DNA of 64,000 bases from Phyllobates terribilis (Eukaryota): the NCBI RefSeq assembly GCF_046119375.1, contig NW_027362765.1, positions 146,196,001-146,260,000 on the forward strand. Reading direction: 5' to 3'. How positions within the stretch are numbered: position 1 is the first letter of the stretch; each line of letters starts with the position of its first letter. The notes beneath the pieces are model-generated. The model was given only the letters and a program-made list of their open reading frames with translations. It was not told where the DNA came from and ran no database searches. Shown here one piece after another: positions 25,941-41,917 of the stretch. The position numbers were made by a program, and so were the translations under genes.

Positions 25941-27546
25941 ATTATGACATGTCAGGTCCCTCCCTTTTGTACGGGCTTCGGTGCTGAGCCCGCACCTTTC
26001 CGGGCACATGACCGCTGATCTGATCAGCATTCATGTGCCCCTCACAGCCGCAGGTAGAATCGTGATTCACCCGCAGCTGTTAACTAGTTAAATGCTGCTG
26101 TCAATCACAAATATGGCAGCTGAGTGACTTCATTAATCCCCAGGCTGATATGGAAACACAGGCACATCCCAATCACTAATTGGATGACAGATTGAGCCCT
26201 CTCTGTCCAACTACTTCGATGCCACAGTCACTATTGAATGTGCAGGTGCAGAAAACGATCATCATTTCTGTGAATTAGCTTATGGAATCCGCTCCCAACT
26301 AAGCACTGTCCAAGAACTTCCCAAAGAAGGAGCAGTCCCTGAAAAGGTTTCCACTAGAAAACTTGATTTAGGTTCACCATACAAAAAAAAACAACGCATT
26401 GTGCTCATACCACAAGATCTGATTTATGCATGGTTTCTGTAACATCAGTAGATCTCCACACCAATGAGATGTGTATATACTTGGCAAGTAGATGTGAAGG
26501 TACAACTTACATGAAAATGTGTGACTAGCCCAAAGCCTTATCATGGGGTGTAAATCTACACCTGTATCAGAGGCTTGTATGTTACCATCTGGAGACTACC
26601 ATTTCTGTAATTTTGGCCATATGCATCCATCTCTCCATTCAGTCTTTGCCTGGATATAGTGGCCATCTCATCAGGCAGATGGGGAGCTAGTTCTAGATAG
26701 ATGGGATTCAGTACTAGCAGATGCTTAATGGGCTCGCACAATAATCTGTTTGATTTGCAGAAAAAAAAAAAACTGAACCACGTGCACTTTTTGAAGAATT
26801 TGGAGCAATAAATGCAGTAACAAAAAAAAAAAAACCCTCAAATTATGAATTTGACCCCCAAGTACTCAGTTCATGAAGACCGGTATTCATTCACGCCAGT
26901 CTTGATGAGGGGGTGTGCTGGAGTCAGTTGCTCCCGGTTCATGAAGAGGTGAAAGCCTCTGGAGCGTCTGATGAGTGCCGTACACCTCCGTGTTCTACGC
27001 CAGAAATCTTACTCTAATCAGGTACTAGATTACTGGTGTATGGAACGTCAGGAATTAACAAGCTGTGATGTTTCGCCCCTGCCATGCTCCCATTCCACTC
27101 ATTTTATCAGAGCTAGGATAAACTGGCGTGATCACGGCAAGTCACAAAATGTAGGCTTAAATCAGAGTTGCACCTAAATTTTGCGACTTTAAGCTTTTAC
27201 ACTAGAATTCAGGCACGAAAGCTTTGATGAATTGGACCATTTGAGTTAGCAGCACTGCAAAAAAAAATTTAAATTAGTGACATCTACTGCCCACAAGAAT
27301 AAAGGCCGAGTCCCACGGTGTGGCTGTGGTGTGCAATATCAAAGACTATGACCAGATTCAGGGTCACATCACACAATTTACAGATGATAACTAAGGGTTA
27401 CACAAACACATTTTTATATCCACACAACGCATGGTGGAACACTAGATGGAGTTACTTGCGATCTTATAGTCTGCATCTGCCACTTGATAAGACTCTTCAA
27501 CTCAAGTCCAGTGGCCCGGTGCATCATGGCATGGTCAAATATTTAA

Positions 27547-27930
27547 AGAGCTTGACCACTACTTTAGCACTGATGACCTATTTTTAGGATAGGTCATCCG
27601 TGTCTGATCGGTCGGGGTCCAACACCCCCGCCGATCAGCTGTTATTGGTGTAGGCAACGGCGGCTGGAGGTCCTCACTTGCGGAGCTGCTCAGTCTTCCG
27701 ATAGTGGCCGTGGCTTGGTACTGTACATCCGCCTCTTATTCAAATCATTAGCAAGCGGATGTGCAGAACCCACTATCAGAAGACAGCCAGCTCCACAAGT
27801 GAGTACCTGTGGCTGCTGCCGCCGATAACAGCTGATCGGCGGGGGTGCCGGGTGTTAGGTCATCTATGTCCGGTCAGTTGGGGTCTATCGTTAAAATAGG
27901 TCATCAATGCTAAAGTAGTGGACAACCTCT
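27547..27930. mobile_element. T2-type MITE
   Basis: TTAA-AGAGCTTGACCACTACTTTAGCA...TGCTAAAGTAGTGGACAACCTCT-TTAA. Confidence 0.8.
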
Positions 27931-28499
27931 TTAAGTACACTTTCCCACCTAATTGATTCCCATCCATGTCCACCCCTAGCTCTTTGATTGACAGCTCTGG
28001 CCTTATGAAGCCAGAGATGGGCAGAGGTAGATGAAAAACAAGCAGGTGGGAGAGTGCACTTAAATATTAAGCCACATCATGATGCACCGAACACCTCTAC
28101 TTGCTTTGAACAGCCATTCTGTGCTGACAGTCCCTTTAACAGCAGTGATACCAAAAGTTTCCATGTAGCCCTAACCCTACGACTACATTCATATGAACGT
28201 AGCAATTCTGGAACCAGTCACACTCGCAGGCTTGTGTAGTCTCTCGAAGCACGATTGAAAATAGCGCCACTTAGTCCGTGAAACAGGCAATACCAACCGC
28301 CTGCTGCAGGTTTTATTTGTTTTACAAATGGGACTGTATGTCCGTGTGGAAAGACACATGTGAACTAGCAATGGTCCATATCTTGTCAGTTCCGCCACTG
28401 ACCAAAATTATGCATTGACAGCTATACCTAAAAGACCAATTCAGAGAAATAGACCACCTGTAATCAATTTAGCAAGAAAAAAAAAAAGTGCTAAACCTG

Positions 28500-30418
28500 C
28501 TGGTTACTTTAATACAGAACTCTTTTAATATAGAGCATTTCAGACAAATTACAACATGGTTAGAAAACAAAACAAAAAGAAAACAAAAAAAATAAAATAA
28601 AAAAAAATAAAGGAAACTCAATTTCGGTCCAATTGTACATCACATGGTTCACGCTTTTCAATCAGTTTTATACAGGAAAAAAGAAAATATTCGCTTTAAA
28701 GCTCTGATGCCGTTTATGCATGATATGAAAACTGTCTCATTTACAGACTGAAGTATATATAGTCATTTAAAATTGATAAGAGCTACAACCCGATCCCCAC
28801 AAAATAAACAGAAACCCGAAGATTTTAGATGCAGATTAAAATAGAACGCGATCCCGCCGTGTGCTGTCGAGTCTTTCACACGCGCAATACAGCAACAGGC
28901 CAGAAGGTGGCGCTGCAGGAGATGAGAAGAATTTTGGGAGTTTTAGAGTCACATTGCTGGTGAGTACCCCCCCCCCCCCTATTTAAATGCCAGGGTACAA
29001 AGTACAGGATTATCTCACTTTCTTTTTGATCAATTTTCAAACAACGCCATATTCATTTAATACTACTCAGTACTTATAACATTGTATATTCTTATAATTT
29101 AAAGGACTCCTCCTTACATTCATACATCTGGGTGATGTAACGTTCGCTGTCCTTATAGTCTATTCTGTACAAGTTCACGACCCAGGACAAGATGTTTACG
29201 GGTTTAAGAGCCTACGTCACTTGCGGTGTCTGCAAACCAGACCGCGCGGTAAAGAAATGTTCCCTTTCGTGTATATACCCCTCACCTCCCTCTGCACCTC
29301 CGTTCTGACGTTTAACCAAACGTTGGTCTATCAGACGACTAGACAGGGGGCCAGGGGCGATGCTGGGGATGAGCGTGGATGGGGCAAAAAAAAAAATAAT
29401 GAAAAAAGAAAGTGAAGTTAGTAAATTAGAAGAAAATATTACTGTACAGACTTCCTTCAAGGTACGGGAATACCACTTGATACCCCCAAAAGAAAAAGAA
29501 AAAAAAACTATGATAAGTTCTAGGAGTGGGAGCAGACATCTCAGGAGCCTCAGTGAGCCAGGCTGGTGATGTTACATGCGCGTCAGTACAAAGTGGGGAG
29601 AGAAGTCAGAATTTACAAAGCCCGACCTGGCGGTGGGATGTGTGGGAAACAGGTTGAGGTATTGAGACTATACAATTCACCGGTTACCTAGAATTGTGTG
29701 CCAGCCCCGTGCCAATATATGCATTCTCCTCTGCCCAGTAACATCTCTCCAGTGTGGTCATGAGTTGGATGTACCTGGTCATACATCCATCACTCCAGTC
29801 TAGAAAAGTCACAAGTGGATAAATAGTAGGTATATTAATAAAGGTAAACCAGAATATGCTAAAATACGAACTACAACCCCCATTAGCTCAGGAATATCAT
29901 AAATGATGACCTCCTGAGATACTAAAGGCTTGAATGTAGGCTATATCTTCTGAACGTTCTCCTGATTGACTGGGGCGGCTATGTAATACTAAGAGAAAGG
30001 GCATGGATCAGCCATATTCCCTCTCAGGAAAGTACCTCTCATTATGGAATATATTCGTGTATGCCCTACAGGTGGCATTGCGGTTTTGAAGACTGGTAAT
30101 CCATCTACCTGTGAAACTTTTTTTTGGGGGGGGCACAGTCGGGAGGGTGGAAAGAGATGCGCAGGCCGTTTACGTGGTGGGTAGTGTTTTGTTCAGAGGG
30201 GAAGTTAATACTGCTAAGCATGTATAAGGCACAGTGTGAGATTGCTGCTCCCACTCGCACAGGCGCGCAGACAGACACACGACACAGATGTGCGCGGAGA
30301 TGACATGCCCGCCTGGGAGGCAGCAGAGGTGCTGGCCAGCCCTGCCAAGATGCTGAACAGGATGGGAGTTAGGCGGAAGTAGGGGGCGGAGGGAGGGTGG
30401 TGGTCACTCAGGGTGGGA
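28500..30418 (-). other. Probable ARF2 3' UTR (about 1.9 kb)
   Basis: Stretch free of recognisable repeats after the stop, ending at two minus-strand ATTAAA hexamers (28508-28513, 28524-28529) next to a U-rich tract. The end point is inferred. Confidence 0.5.
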
Positions 30419-33026
<2,608 letters not shown>

Positions 33027-33348
33027 TCATGAAATTGCATTATTATATAGTTCTAAAAAACTAATTTAGTGCGTGGGATGCCTGTGACCTGTTAAAAAGG
33101 TTGTCCAAGATCAGAAGAACATGTCTGCAGAGGAGCACGACTTTCTAAACGGTGAGGCTGGTAACACCACACTTAATGTTGGCATTATCTACTTTAACCC
33201 TTGAAAAGATTAAAAGTAAAAACCCACAACAATCTGTCCAGAGTTCGCTCCCCACTTCCTTTAGATTGTCTGCGGTCTGCTGTCAAGCGCGCAAGTCCTT
33301 CACTGTCCATTAAAAGCCAGGAAGATTCAGGAGAAGAGAGAAGGAACG

Positions 33349-33362
33349 GTTACCATGGCAAC
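33349..33362. promoter_or_regulatory. RFX X-box motif in ARF2 intron 1
   Basis: GTTACCATGGCAAC matches the GTTRCCATGGYAAC consensus and lies in a small CpG-containing patch (about 33240-33430). Confidence 0.55.
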
Positions 33363-36300
33363 CTTAGACATCTGACAGCAAACTGCGCTAACGGGAAGGC
33401 GGGGGCTGTAACGTGACGCTGTACACGGGAGAGGAACAATTACAGTCTAATATTACATTAACACAAAGGGTCAAGGACAAGCGGGGAGGAGAGGATGTTC
33501 TGTCTTCTCCTCGCTTACAGGATCGGTTAACTCTTCTACTACATTTACCTGCAGAGTATCGCACTGCAGACTATTTGCGCAGTCAGTATAGCACATGCTC
33601 AGACCAGTGATGGAATATTTAACCCACAGCTGGATGAATCTTAGAAGACGGAAGGATAAAGTGCAGAAAACCCTGGCTTGCTTGTATTGGGGTTGTCCTG
33701 GACCTTGATTATGTACCCTTAGGATAGGTCATCATTATTGGATCCGTGGGGGTCCGACCCCAGGACGTACATAATGTACAACACCAGAACAAAACAGCTC
33801 CGTACACCATGTAGTGGCCATTATCCAGTACTGCAACACCGCTCTCACCGACAGGAGTGGGAGCCAAGCTGCAGTACTTGAGAACAGCCTCTACACTGAA
33901 GTTCTGTACAGTCCTGTCCGGTCACCACAGGACCTGCTAGCAGCTGATGTATGGGGCTGTGGGGGGGGGGGGGGGGGACACCACGGATATGATACAGATG
34001 GCCTATACTAGGAATAGACAATCAATAGCAAAGGCTTCGAAAATCCACTTAGTCCTTTCTGAGAATTAACCAATCCCATAGATAAGTATTGGTTCTCAGG
34101 ACAAGAGGTTTCCTTCTAAGGTGTGTAACACCAGTAGATCCATGTGAGCCACCATGTAGGATCTGTGCTTGAGGCCTCAATCTACAAAGTCCGGCCCCAA
34201 TTTCCCCAGAACAAGCAGTGCCATGCCGTCAGTATTGTAGAGAATACAAGCCATGTCCTATGCACCAGACTTCAAAATGTGAAAGCCATCTCAACAGAGT
34301 GACCTTGTTTAGGAGAAGGTCTCAGACATGAGGCCATTGATTGGTGACGCACAGAGCTGCGTTGTATGGGCAGCAGCTGCCATTAGTACAGACAGCTCCT
34401 GATGAACTGAATATGAATGGTACAGACCAGACCCTGGGCACCGGTATAATACAAGGAACACGCCATGTACATACTGAAAAGGCCAAAAAGACCAAACTAT
34501 CTATGTATGTGGTTAAGCTATAGAAATCCTCCCTGATAATGCAGCTTAACATGAGGAACACCATGGCGTGACGGCTGGTAAGCTGTTTTCCTCCTCTCTA
34601 CTGTCGGTGCAATCCCAATCTAGCTACAGGTAACTAAGCATAAACTGCCTAACAACCGTTGTCAGACAGGGACAGGACATCCCAGCAAGGCAGGGATGGT
34701 ATAAGGAGGCTCGGCTTAAAGAGGCACTGCTCCAGAAAACTTTGCAAATAGTAGCAGTGAATAAATATTACAAAATGTATAAATATATGGCAGAATATTG
34801 CCTCAATCGCCCCCACACAAAGTCAGAAATAATCCTCTCCCCCACCATTAATCAGCTGATCCAGTCATTGTCTACAGGACTGCTGGAAAAAGCAGAATAC
34901 ATCACAGCAGTCCTATAGACAATGAATAGAGGGCAGCTTGATCATGCGCAGCTCCATCCCATTCATAGGGATTGTCCATTCTCAGGATCACTGGGAATCC
35001 CATCGGCAAGTTCCGATTTTGTGGAAAACCCACTTTAAAAAGGTATATTGCAATCTCAGCCATTTTTTGTCATATCTGCTAAGTGAGGGACACAGAGGAC
35101 CCCCCCATCTCAGCCGTTGTCATACCTGCAATGCACAATCACCAATGCATCAGAGATGTGAGTACCTTTAAATCTCTTACAATTATATTAAATATATTTT
35201 AAAGAAATATCAAGTGAAGAAAAGTCAACTTGGGCCAACCTGTGGGACCGCACTGTCTTGTGATGGCGTGTGTTCACCATGTTGGCGGGCCCCTCCATTT
35301 AAGCTCTAATAACATGCCTCATATAGCTGTAGTACCATACAACATTGCTCTTAGCCACAGTGATGGCTTTAGAGATTTGGGCTCTAAATGCATTGACTCA
35401 AGTTATTTTTTCCGAAAAGATCGACCAAGAATGGAGAGAGATCATAAAAAAAAAAAATATATATATATATACCATCCAGATTTTGTCTTTGGTTGGCTCC
35501 CAGGACCCACCACGTAACCACTGCTCTGCCCCCTTTTTTCCGTAAATGCAGCGGAGCTGAAAGTGTGTGTTGATGAGGAGACCGGTGGCTCGCCTACATC
35601 TTTGAGCATCTACACAAATGTGGAATACAGTGGCCTGAAGACTACAATGAGTGAAGACTAGATGGAAGAAAATAATTCCTCTACCCATGCCCAGAAACAG
35701 CCCACTCGCAAATGAGACACCGCTTCTGCCCACACATCTATAGGCACAATGCAATAAATGAAGAAAGCTGCATATAACACAAAGTACATAAGCACTGCCT
35801 GCAAGATTACTGATGACTCAGACACGAGGGCGCAGGAAGGAACCAGATGAAGTGATGCAAGGTGACGTGTAGGAGGATTTCTATACCGCAAACATTTTAT
35901 GCTTCGTAATACATCCTCTTCGTGGCATCTAAGCGCAACTCCCTTTAAGAGAACCAAGCTGCAATACCAGACAGAACCTGGCAAAAGATGCGGCGCTGTT
36001 ACCAGAAGAAAGTAGTAGAGATGAGAGGAACTGATCCACAAGACCCTGGTCCGGCAGCTGGGTTAATATTCCATAGCCGCTGGACGGAAGCCCTAAGAAC
36101 CATCTCCTTCCTGACGGCATCCTCACCCCCTATTTAGATTAGCCAAATCGGGAAAAATGTCACAAGACGAATGCACAACGTCACATCAGGCTGGCTAATC
36201 AAAAGAGGAGTCGAGGATGCCATCAGGTAAGATGAGGCTCGCATGGCTCCTGTTCAGGCCATGGAATACTGACTTGGCTGCTTTATTGGCTCATGTCTAG

Positions 36301-37439
36301 TAAGAGGTCATGTTTCTGCCATCTTACAAAAACCTGGCTTCATTCTTTTAGAAATGACACCACCCCTGACCAAGGGTTGTGTCTGGTACTGCAACTGAGC
36401 CCCACAAAAGTGAATGAAGCTGAGCTTCAATACCACGCACAACCCATGGTCAGGAGTGGGGCTTTTTCTAAAATAAAGCAGCAATGTTGTTTTAATCCTG
36501 GACAACCCCATTAATTCAAGGAGATGTACCACCAATTATTCACAAAGCTAATCAGGCGATAGCTCTCTACCACATATGGTATACGTCTATACCAAAGCAT
36601 AGGCGAAAAATGGACAGAGTTAAAAGGGCTAACCCAACGAAAAAGAAAATGTATAAATGGAGGCCAAGCTGTCAGATCATTAAGGCATCTCTAATTGAGT
36701 TGATCTCCGTATACACCTTTTTCCAATAGTAAAAGCAACAAGTTACTCTTCGATTAGTCCCTTTAACTTAAAAGGAGTTTTCCCATGAACAAAGGCCCAA
36801 TTTAATGAATAGATCTTGTAATAATAATAACTTCCACAATCGGATGTGTTTAAATATAATGACCCTGTGCTGAGAATTTTATAAATGTGCCCCTGCTGTG
36901 TACTGTGTAATGGCTGTGTCAGCTATAAATACTGCCCATTACCCATTCAGGTTTCACAGCTGCTGCCTGCAATAAGGTTGGTAAATGGCAAACACTATAT
37001 ACTACAAATATGAAGGAGACCTCCTCAAAGCAGGAGATGCAAGAACCATGTTTCCACAATCATGCAGAAAAACCAAGTTTCAAGTGTCATACAAGCTGGA
37101 GTCAAAAAATGCTGGCAGGTCCTGTTCTCGTCAGATCTCTTCCTGAAACTCATTTCCTGGAACGTTCCACACGTGATCAGCAACTGCTGAGAGCACATGA
37201 TAGACACGTCCACCTCAAACAACTGCAGGTTGGAGAACCTACCCAACAGAAAGAAGTGCAGGATGCAGGGAGAGGCCAATATGGAGGCACCAGGACTAAC
37301 TGCATATGTAAAGCAAGTTCCTTATGGTAGACATGCACACAAACAAGCCTACATTTGTATGTCTAGATACAAAGTGATATTGAGTGCAAGAAGGGGGAAA
37401 CTGATGAAAGAAGGCACCAGGATGAAAAAAGCAAGGGAG

Positions 37440-38480
37440 AACTGACAAACGTTAGATTAGTGTGGTTATATAATAGGCCAGCCTAAAGATATGCGTCTTT
37501 AGGGCACGCTGAAAAGTGTGGACACTGGGAATTAACCGAATTGTCTGGGGTAGTGCATTCCAGAGAACTGGCGCAGCACAAGAGAAGTCTTGGTGATGGG
37601 AGTGGGAGGTTTAGATTATGGAGGATGTTAGTCTTAGATCATTAGCAGAAAGGGTAGCAGACAGACATGAGAAAGGAGAGAGATAAGCTTTGTTGGTGAG
37701 AGAGAAGTTTAAAGCATCACTCTAGTGGGTTTTCCTTTTTAAACTTCTCCACTGGAGGGATATCACTAATGTAAGTTCACGGTCCCTAGTATTATACTCA
37801 TCAGCCGCCGTCTAATTCTGTTCTCGGCCCTGCTACAGTAGTCTTCTGCAGGTTGTGACCTGCCGGATCACTCCAGTGTTTGTTGGGTGATCCTGAAGTC
37901 ACAACTCAATGCAAGTCTATGATGGCCAGAACAAGGTTCACAGATTTATATTGAGAGCTTGTCAGCCAGAATCTGCAGTCACAAGATGGCAGCGCTTCCA
38001 GATGCAGTGCCAGGAAGAGCAGAAGACGGTGGCTGGTATGTATATTACTAGGGGCAGGGAACTTATATTAGTGGCACCATTCCTGGTGGTGAAATAAAAA
38101 AAAACTGGTGGAGTGGTGCTTTAAATGTTATGTTTTGCGGCGGATAGGCTAAAAGTGCAATGACTGGCACAGGATGGAGGCTTCTGTGTATGGGCTGGAC
38201 AGAAAGGAGCATGGCTGCTGCATTCAGGTCAGATTAGAGGGTAGTTTTTAGTGACAGGAAGACTAATTATAGTGGATTGCAGTAATCAAGTCAACAATGA
38301 GCCAGAGAAAAGTTTTTGTAGTTTCCATGGTAAGAAAAGGTTGTATTCTGCAGCTGTTTTTGAGGTGCAATTGAGGAGAGCAGGAGAGATTAGATAGATG
38401 GAGACTTGCACTATCTCTCTAAAGCCATAACGATATAATCATGCCCAATAAAGTTCTCAGGTAATGAGTGCATCAGATGG
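37440..38480 (-). mobile_element. Decayed L2 LINE fragment
   Basis: Purine-rich plus strand resembling a reversed L2 ORF2 3' region (GTAGTGCATTCCAGAG..., GTGGATTGCAGTAATCAAG); split by a T2 MITE. Confidence 0.55.
37713..38120. mobile_element. T2-type MITE inserted into an L2 fragment
   Basis: TTAA-AGCATCACTC...GAGTGGTGCT-TTAA. Confidence 0.75.
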
Positions 38481-39100
38481 TCCATATGATCATCTCCTCA
38501 CACCCTCACATTGGTGTTTAACCACAGGAGAAAGTTTTTAGTTGCAATCAACGCAAAGTTCTGCTTCATAAAAATGTTTGACTACCAGTCAGTAGATCGC
38601 AGGGGCCGTCCGTTAGGACATCTCTTCCAGTTCTAATAGAGACCTCTGGAGTGGCAGGGAATCCTAGTGGCAAGTATTGCTTCCTTCTATAATAGGCAAT
38701 ACCCTTGAGGTTTTCAGATGTTGTGGACGAACGTGGCTGTTAACAAAATGTCTGCTTGTCTAACGGCTATTCCCCCAAACTGTGCATGATTTTTTTTCCC
38801 AATATGAGAGGAAAATAAGCTGCAGTCACAAGTACCTGGTAGGTAATCGGCTGTAGGAGACCCACAAATAAACTAATCAGCCCATACTTGCGAGAGTCAG
38901 CTTCAGTCCACATGTCTAATGATTAGTTTTATTTCATACGGTTCTAAAACTCTTTAAATAGATCTTAGACCTGTTGACGCCGCTGAGCATTTAAGTTCAG
39001 TTTCATCAGGTTTAGACAGTCTGACACGGATCACTAAAGCAAATACAAAGGCCTCATCAGGTCCAAGACTGTAAGTGAGAAATCTTGGGGCACATCAAAA

Positions 39101-40644
39101 CATGGCAGTGGAGTCAGTAAGCCAAACCTCCGACTCCTCAATTTCCATAACTCCGACTCCCTCATACATGGCTCATGTTTAAGTGATACATTTACTGTAG
39201 CACAGATTCATCTCAGCTAAAAGTCTAGACCAGGGGTCTCAAACATGCGGCCCGCGGGCCGCATGCGGCCCCTGAGGCTGCTTTATGCGTCCCGCAGGCA
39301 CAGACCCCTTGACGATCCCGACCTGGTCCAGGAGGAGCCGCCGACAGCAGCGCTGAATTGCCACACAGAGACTGTTTCCCAGCACTGCATTTCCAATGCC
39401 AGCCGCTGGCCAATCAGAGGCCAGCAGCTGATATCTGCGTGTCGGCGCAGCGAGTATGACGTCATTGCCATATGCAGATGTCAGCTGCTGGCCTCTGATT
39501 GGCCGGCGGCTGACATTGAAAATGCTGTGCTGGGAGACAGTCTCTGTGCGGCAATGCAGCGCTGCTGTCGGCGGCTCCTCCTGGACCAGGTCGGGATCGT
39601 CAAGGGGTCGGACTCTGTGGTGCCTGCGGGCCACATCTGCAGGAAGGCCGCCGAGGGAACGGAGGACAGGTGAGAATCAGCTTTTTTTTTTTCTATTTTA
39701 TATGTGTGAAGAACAGCACAGGGGGCACAGAGCCACAAAATGGGGACCGGGATGGGGCACAGAGCCACAAGAGGGGACCTGGATGGGGCACATAGCCACA
39801 AGAGGGGACCAGGATGGGGCACATAGCCACAGGATGGGGCACAGAGCCTCAAGATGTGGACCTGGATGGGGCACATAGCCTCAAGATGTGGACCTGGATG
39901 GGGCACAAAACGGGGACCTGGATGGGGCACAGAGCCACAAGATGGGGACCTGGATGGGGAACATTGCCACAGGATGGGGACCTGGATGGGGCACATAGCC
40001 CCAAGATGGGGACCTGGATGAGGCACATTAGTAAAAGATGGGCGCCAGGATGGGGAACTGGATGGGGCACATTAGTACAAGATGGGGAACATTACTACAA
40101 GATGTTTTCCATTATTACTATATGATGCTAATTGTAAGACAATATTACTGTATGTGGCCAATTGGGGGAAATAAAATTGTAAAAAAAATAAAAAATAAAA
40201 TAAAGCATGAAAAAATATTGGGCACTAAAAATGCTGTTTTATATGTAAACTAAAGTAAACACAAAAAAGTGCACGTTTATTATCGCCACATCCATAACGA
40301 CCCAAGCCATAAAAAAATAAACACGGCAAAAATGTTCAAAAGGTGTATACAAAAAAAATGGTATCACTAAAAATGTCACATTGAACGAAGAATGCGGCCC
40401 CCCAAATTCAAATTTTTTCCATGTGCGGCCCATATACCCAGCCGAGTTTGAGACCCCTGGTCTAGACCCTTAGATCAGGAATAGGACGGACATTTATAGG
40501 ACATTTCATAACTTTCCCAAATTCTTATGAAAAAATATTCCCCACAAACTGCATTGAACTACTGTACCCAATTTATTATATATTTTAGGAGTCGGTCCAT
40601 TTTATACCGACTCCACCAAAATGGAGTCCGACTCCACAGCCCTG
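39101..40644. mobile_element. hAT MITE (CAGGGCTGTGGAGTC family) split by the 39231-40459 insertion
   Basis: Both halves are colinear with the copies at 24021 and 41626; TSD CATCAAAA / CATCCAAA. Confidence 0.85.
39231..40459. mobile_element. hAT (Charlie/Chap-like) non-autonomous element
   Basis: TIR CAGGGGTCTCAAAC with exact 8-bp TSD GTCTAGAC (39223-39230 and 40460-40467). Contains an internal hairpin and a ~32-bp minisatellite (about 39715-40100). Confidence 0.9.
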
Positions 40645-40690
40645 CATCCAAATGTAAGTAGCATAGATCTGATGGTAGCAGGGTCTAGGA

Positions 40691-40942
40691 CATACATGTC
40701 AAACTCTGACCCATGAGCCAAATCTGGCCTGCAGTGTGAGTATATTTGGCCCGCATCACCAGAACCACCACCCCTATGTTAGGCCATTATACTGTATGGA
40801 GGACTGTGTGGGGCCCATTATTCGGTATGGAGGACTGTGTGGGGCCCATTATTCTGTATGGAGGACTGTGTGGGGCCCATTATTCTGTAAACTGGTTGGC
40901 CCACGACTTTGTCCCTCTGTGTGTTTGAGTTTGACATCCCTG
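40691..40942. mobile_element. hAT MITE carrying a ~31-bp minisatellite
   Basis: Ends CATACATGTCAAACTC / GAGTTTGACATCCCTG with exact TSD GTCTAGGA. Confidence 0.8.
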
Positions 40943-41625
40943 GTCTAGGATTACACCATACTGGGGGGTGTTAGAGAAATGAATAGCCTCGCCACACCAG
41001 CATTACAGTGTTAACCATCCTCCTCTCAAACACACACAACAGGTAATAAATGGCTGGATAATCAATGGCCTGGTTATATATTAAACACGTGGAAAGGTAA
41101 TCAATAAATCCTAATTGTGATGGGCATTAATAATTTTAGGGATCGTCCATATGCCTAATATTGGGAACTACTGGCATGTACAGCTACATCTCCTTCCTCC
41201 ACTAAGCTATTGAGTCCAAAGTCTTTTAGAACATGTGGAGATTACAGATTGTGGCGCCGGCTTCTGAGGTAGCGGGAGAAAAGTCAGTGCAAAGAATCCG
41301 CTAAAGCCTGTGAGGCCTGGAAGGGGTTAGTGATGGCTCATCAGTGTGGGCTAAAAGGGGTCTCTGAGCATCGATGGATTTGTTATATAATCGATGGGTG
41401 CTCCTTCAGACAAAAACTTGCTATATATATATATATATATATACAAACAAAACAATATCCATGTTCACACGTTCAGTATTTGGTCAGTATTTTACCTCAG
41501 TATTTGTAAGCCAAAACCAGGAGTGGGTGATAAATACAGAAGTGGTGACGTGTTTCTATTATACTTTTCCTCTGATTGTACATGGTTTTAGCTTACAAAT
41601 ACTGAGGTAAAAATGCACCAAATAC

Positions 41626-41917
41626 CAGGGCTGTGGAGTCGGTAAACCAAACCTCCGACTCCTCAATTTCCATGACACCGACTCCGACTCCCTCATACAT
41701 GGCTCATGTTTAAGTGATAAATTTACTGTAGCACAGATTAATCTCAGCTAAAAGTCTAGACCCTTAGATCAGGAATAGGACGGACATGTATAGGACATTT
41801 CATAACTTTCCCAAATTCTTATGAAAAAATATTCCCCACAAACTGCACTGAACTACTGTACACACTTTATTATATATGTTAGGAGTTGGTCCATTTTATA
41901 CCGACTCCACAGCCCTG
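41626..41917. mobile_element. hAT MITE (CAGGGCTGTGGAGTC family)
   Basis: Same TIRs and interior; nested in another MITE (about 41455-41945). Confidence 0.85.

Noticed and set aside
39715-40100. Regularly spaced ~31-32-bp repeats (also at 40790-40885 and 57550-57720) superficially like CRISPR arrays
   Set aside because: These are contiguous minisatellites without unique spacers, inside MITEs, in a vertebrate genome with no cas genes.
39239-40125. Several 100-180-aa ORFs on both strands
   Set aside because: Fully explained by the internal palindrome and minisatellite of the hAT element.
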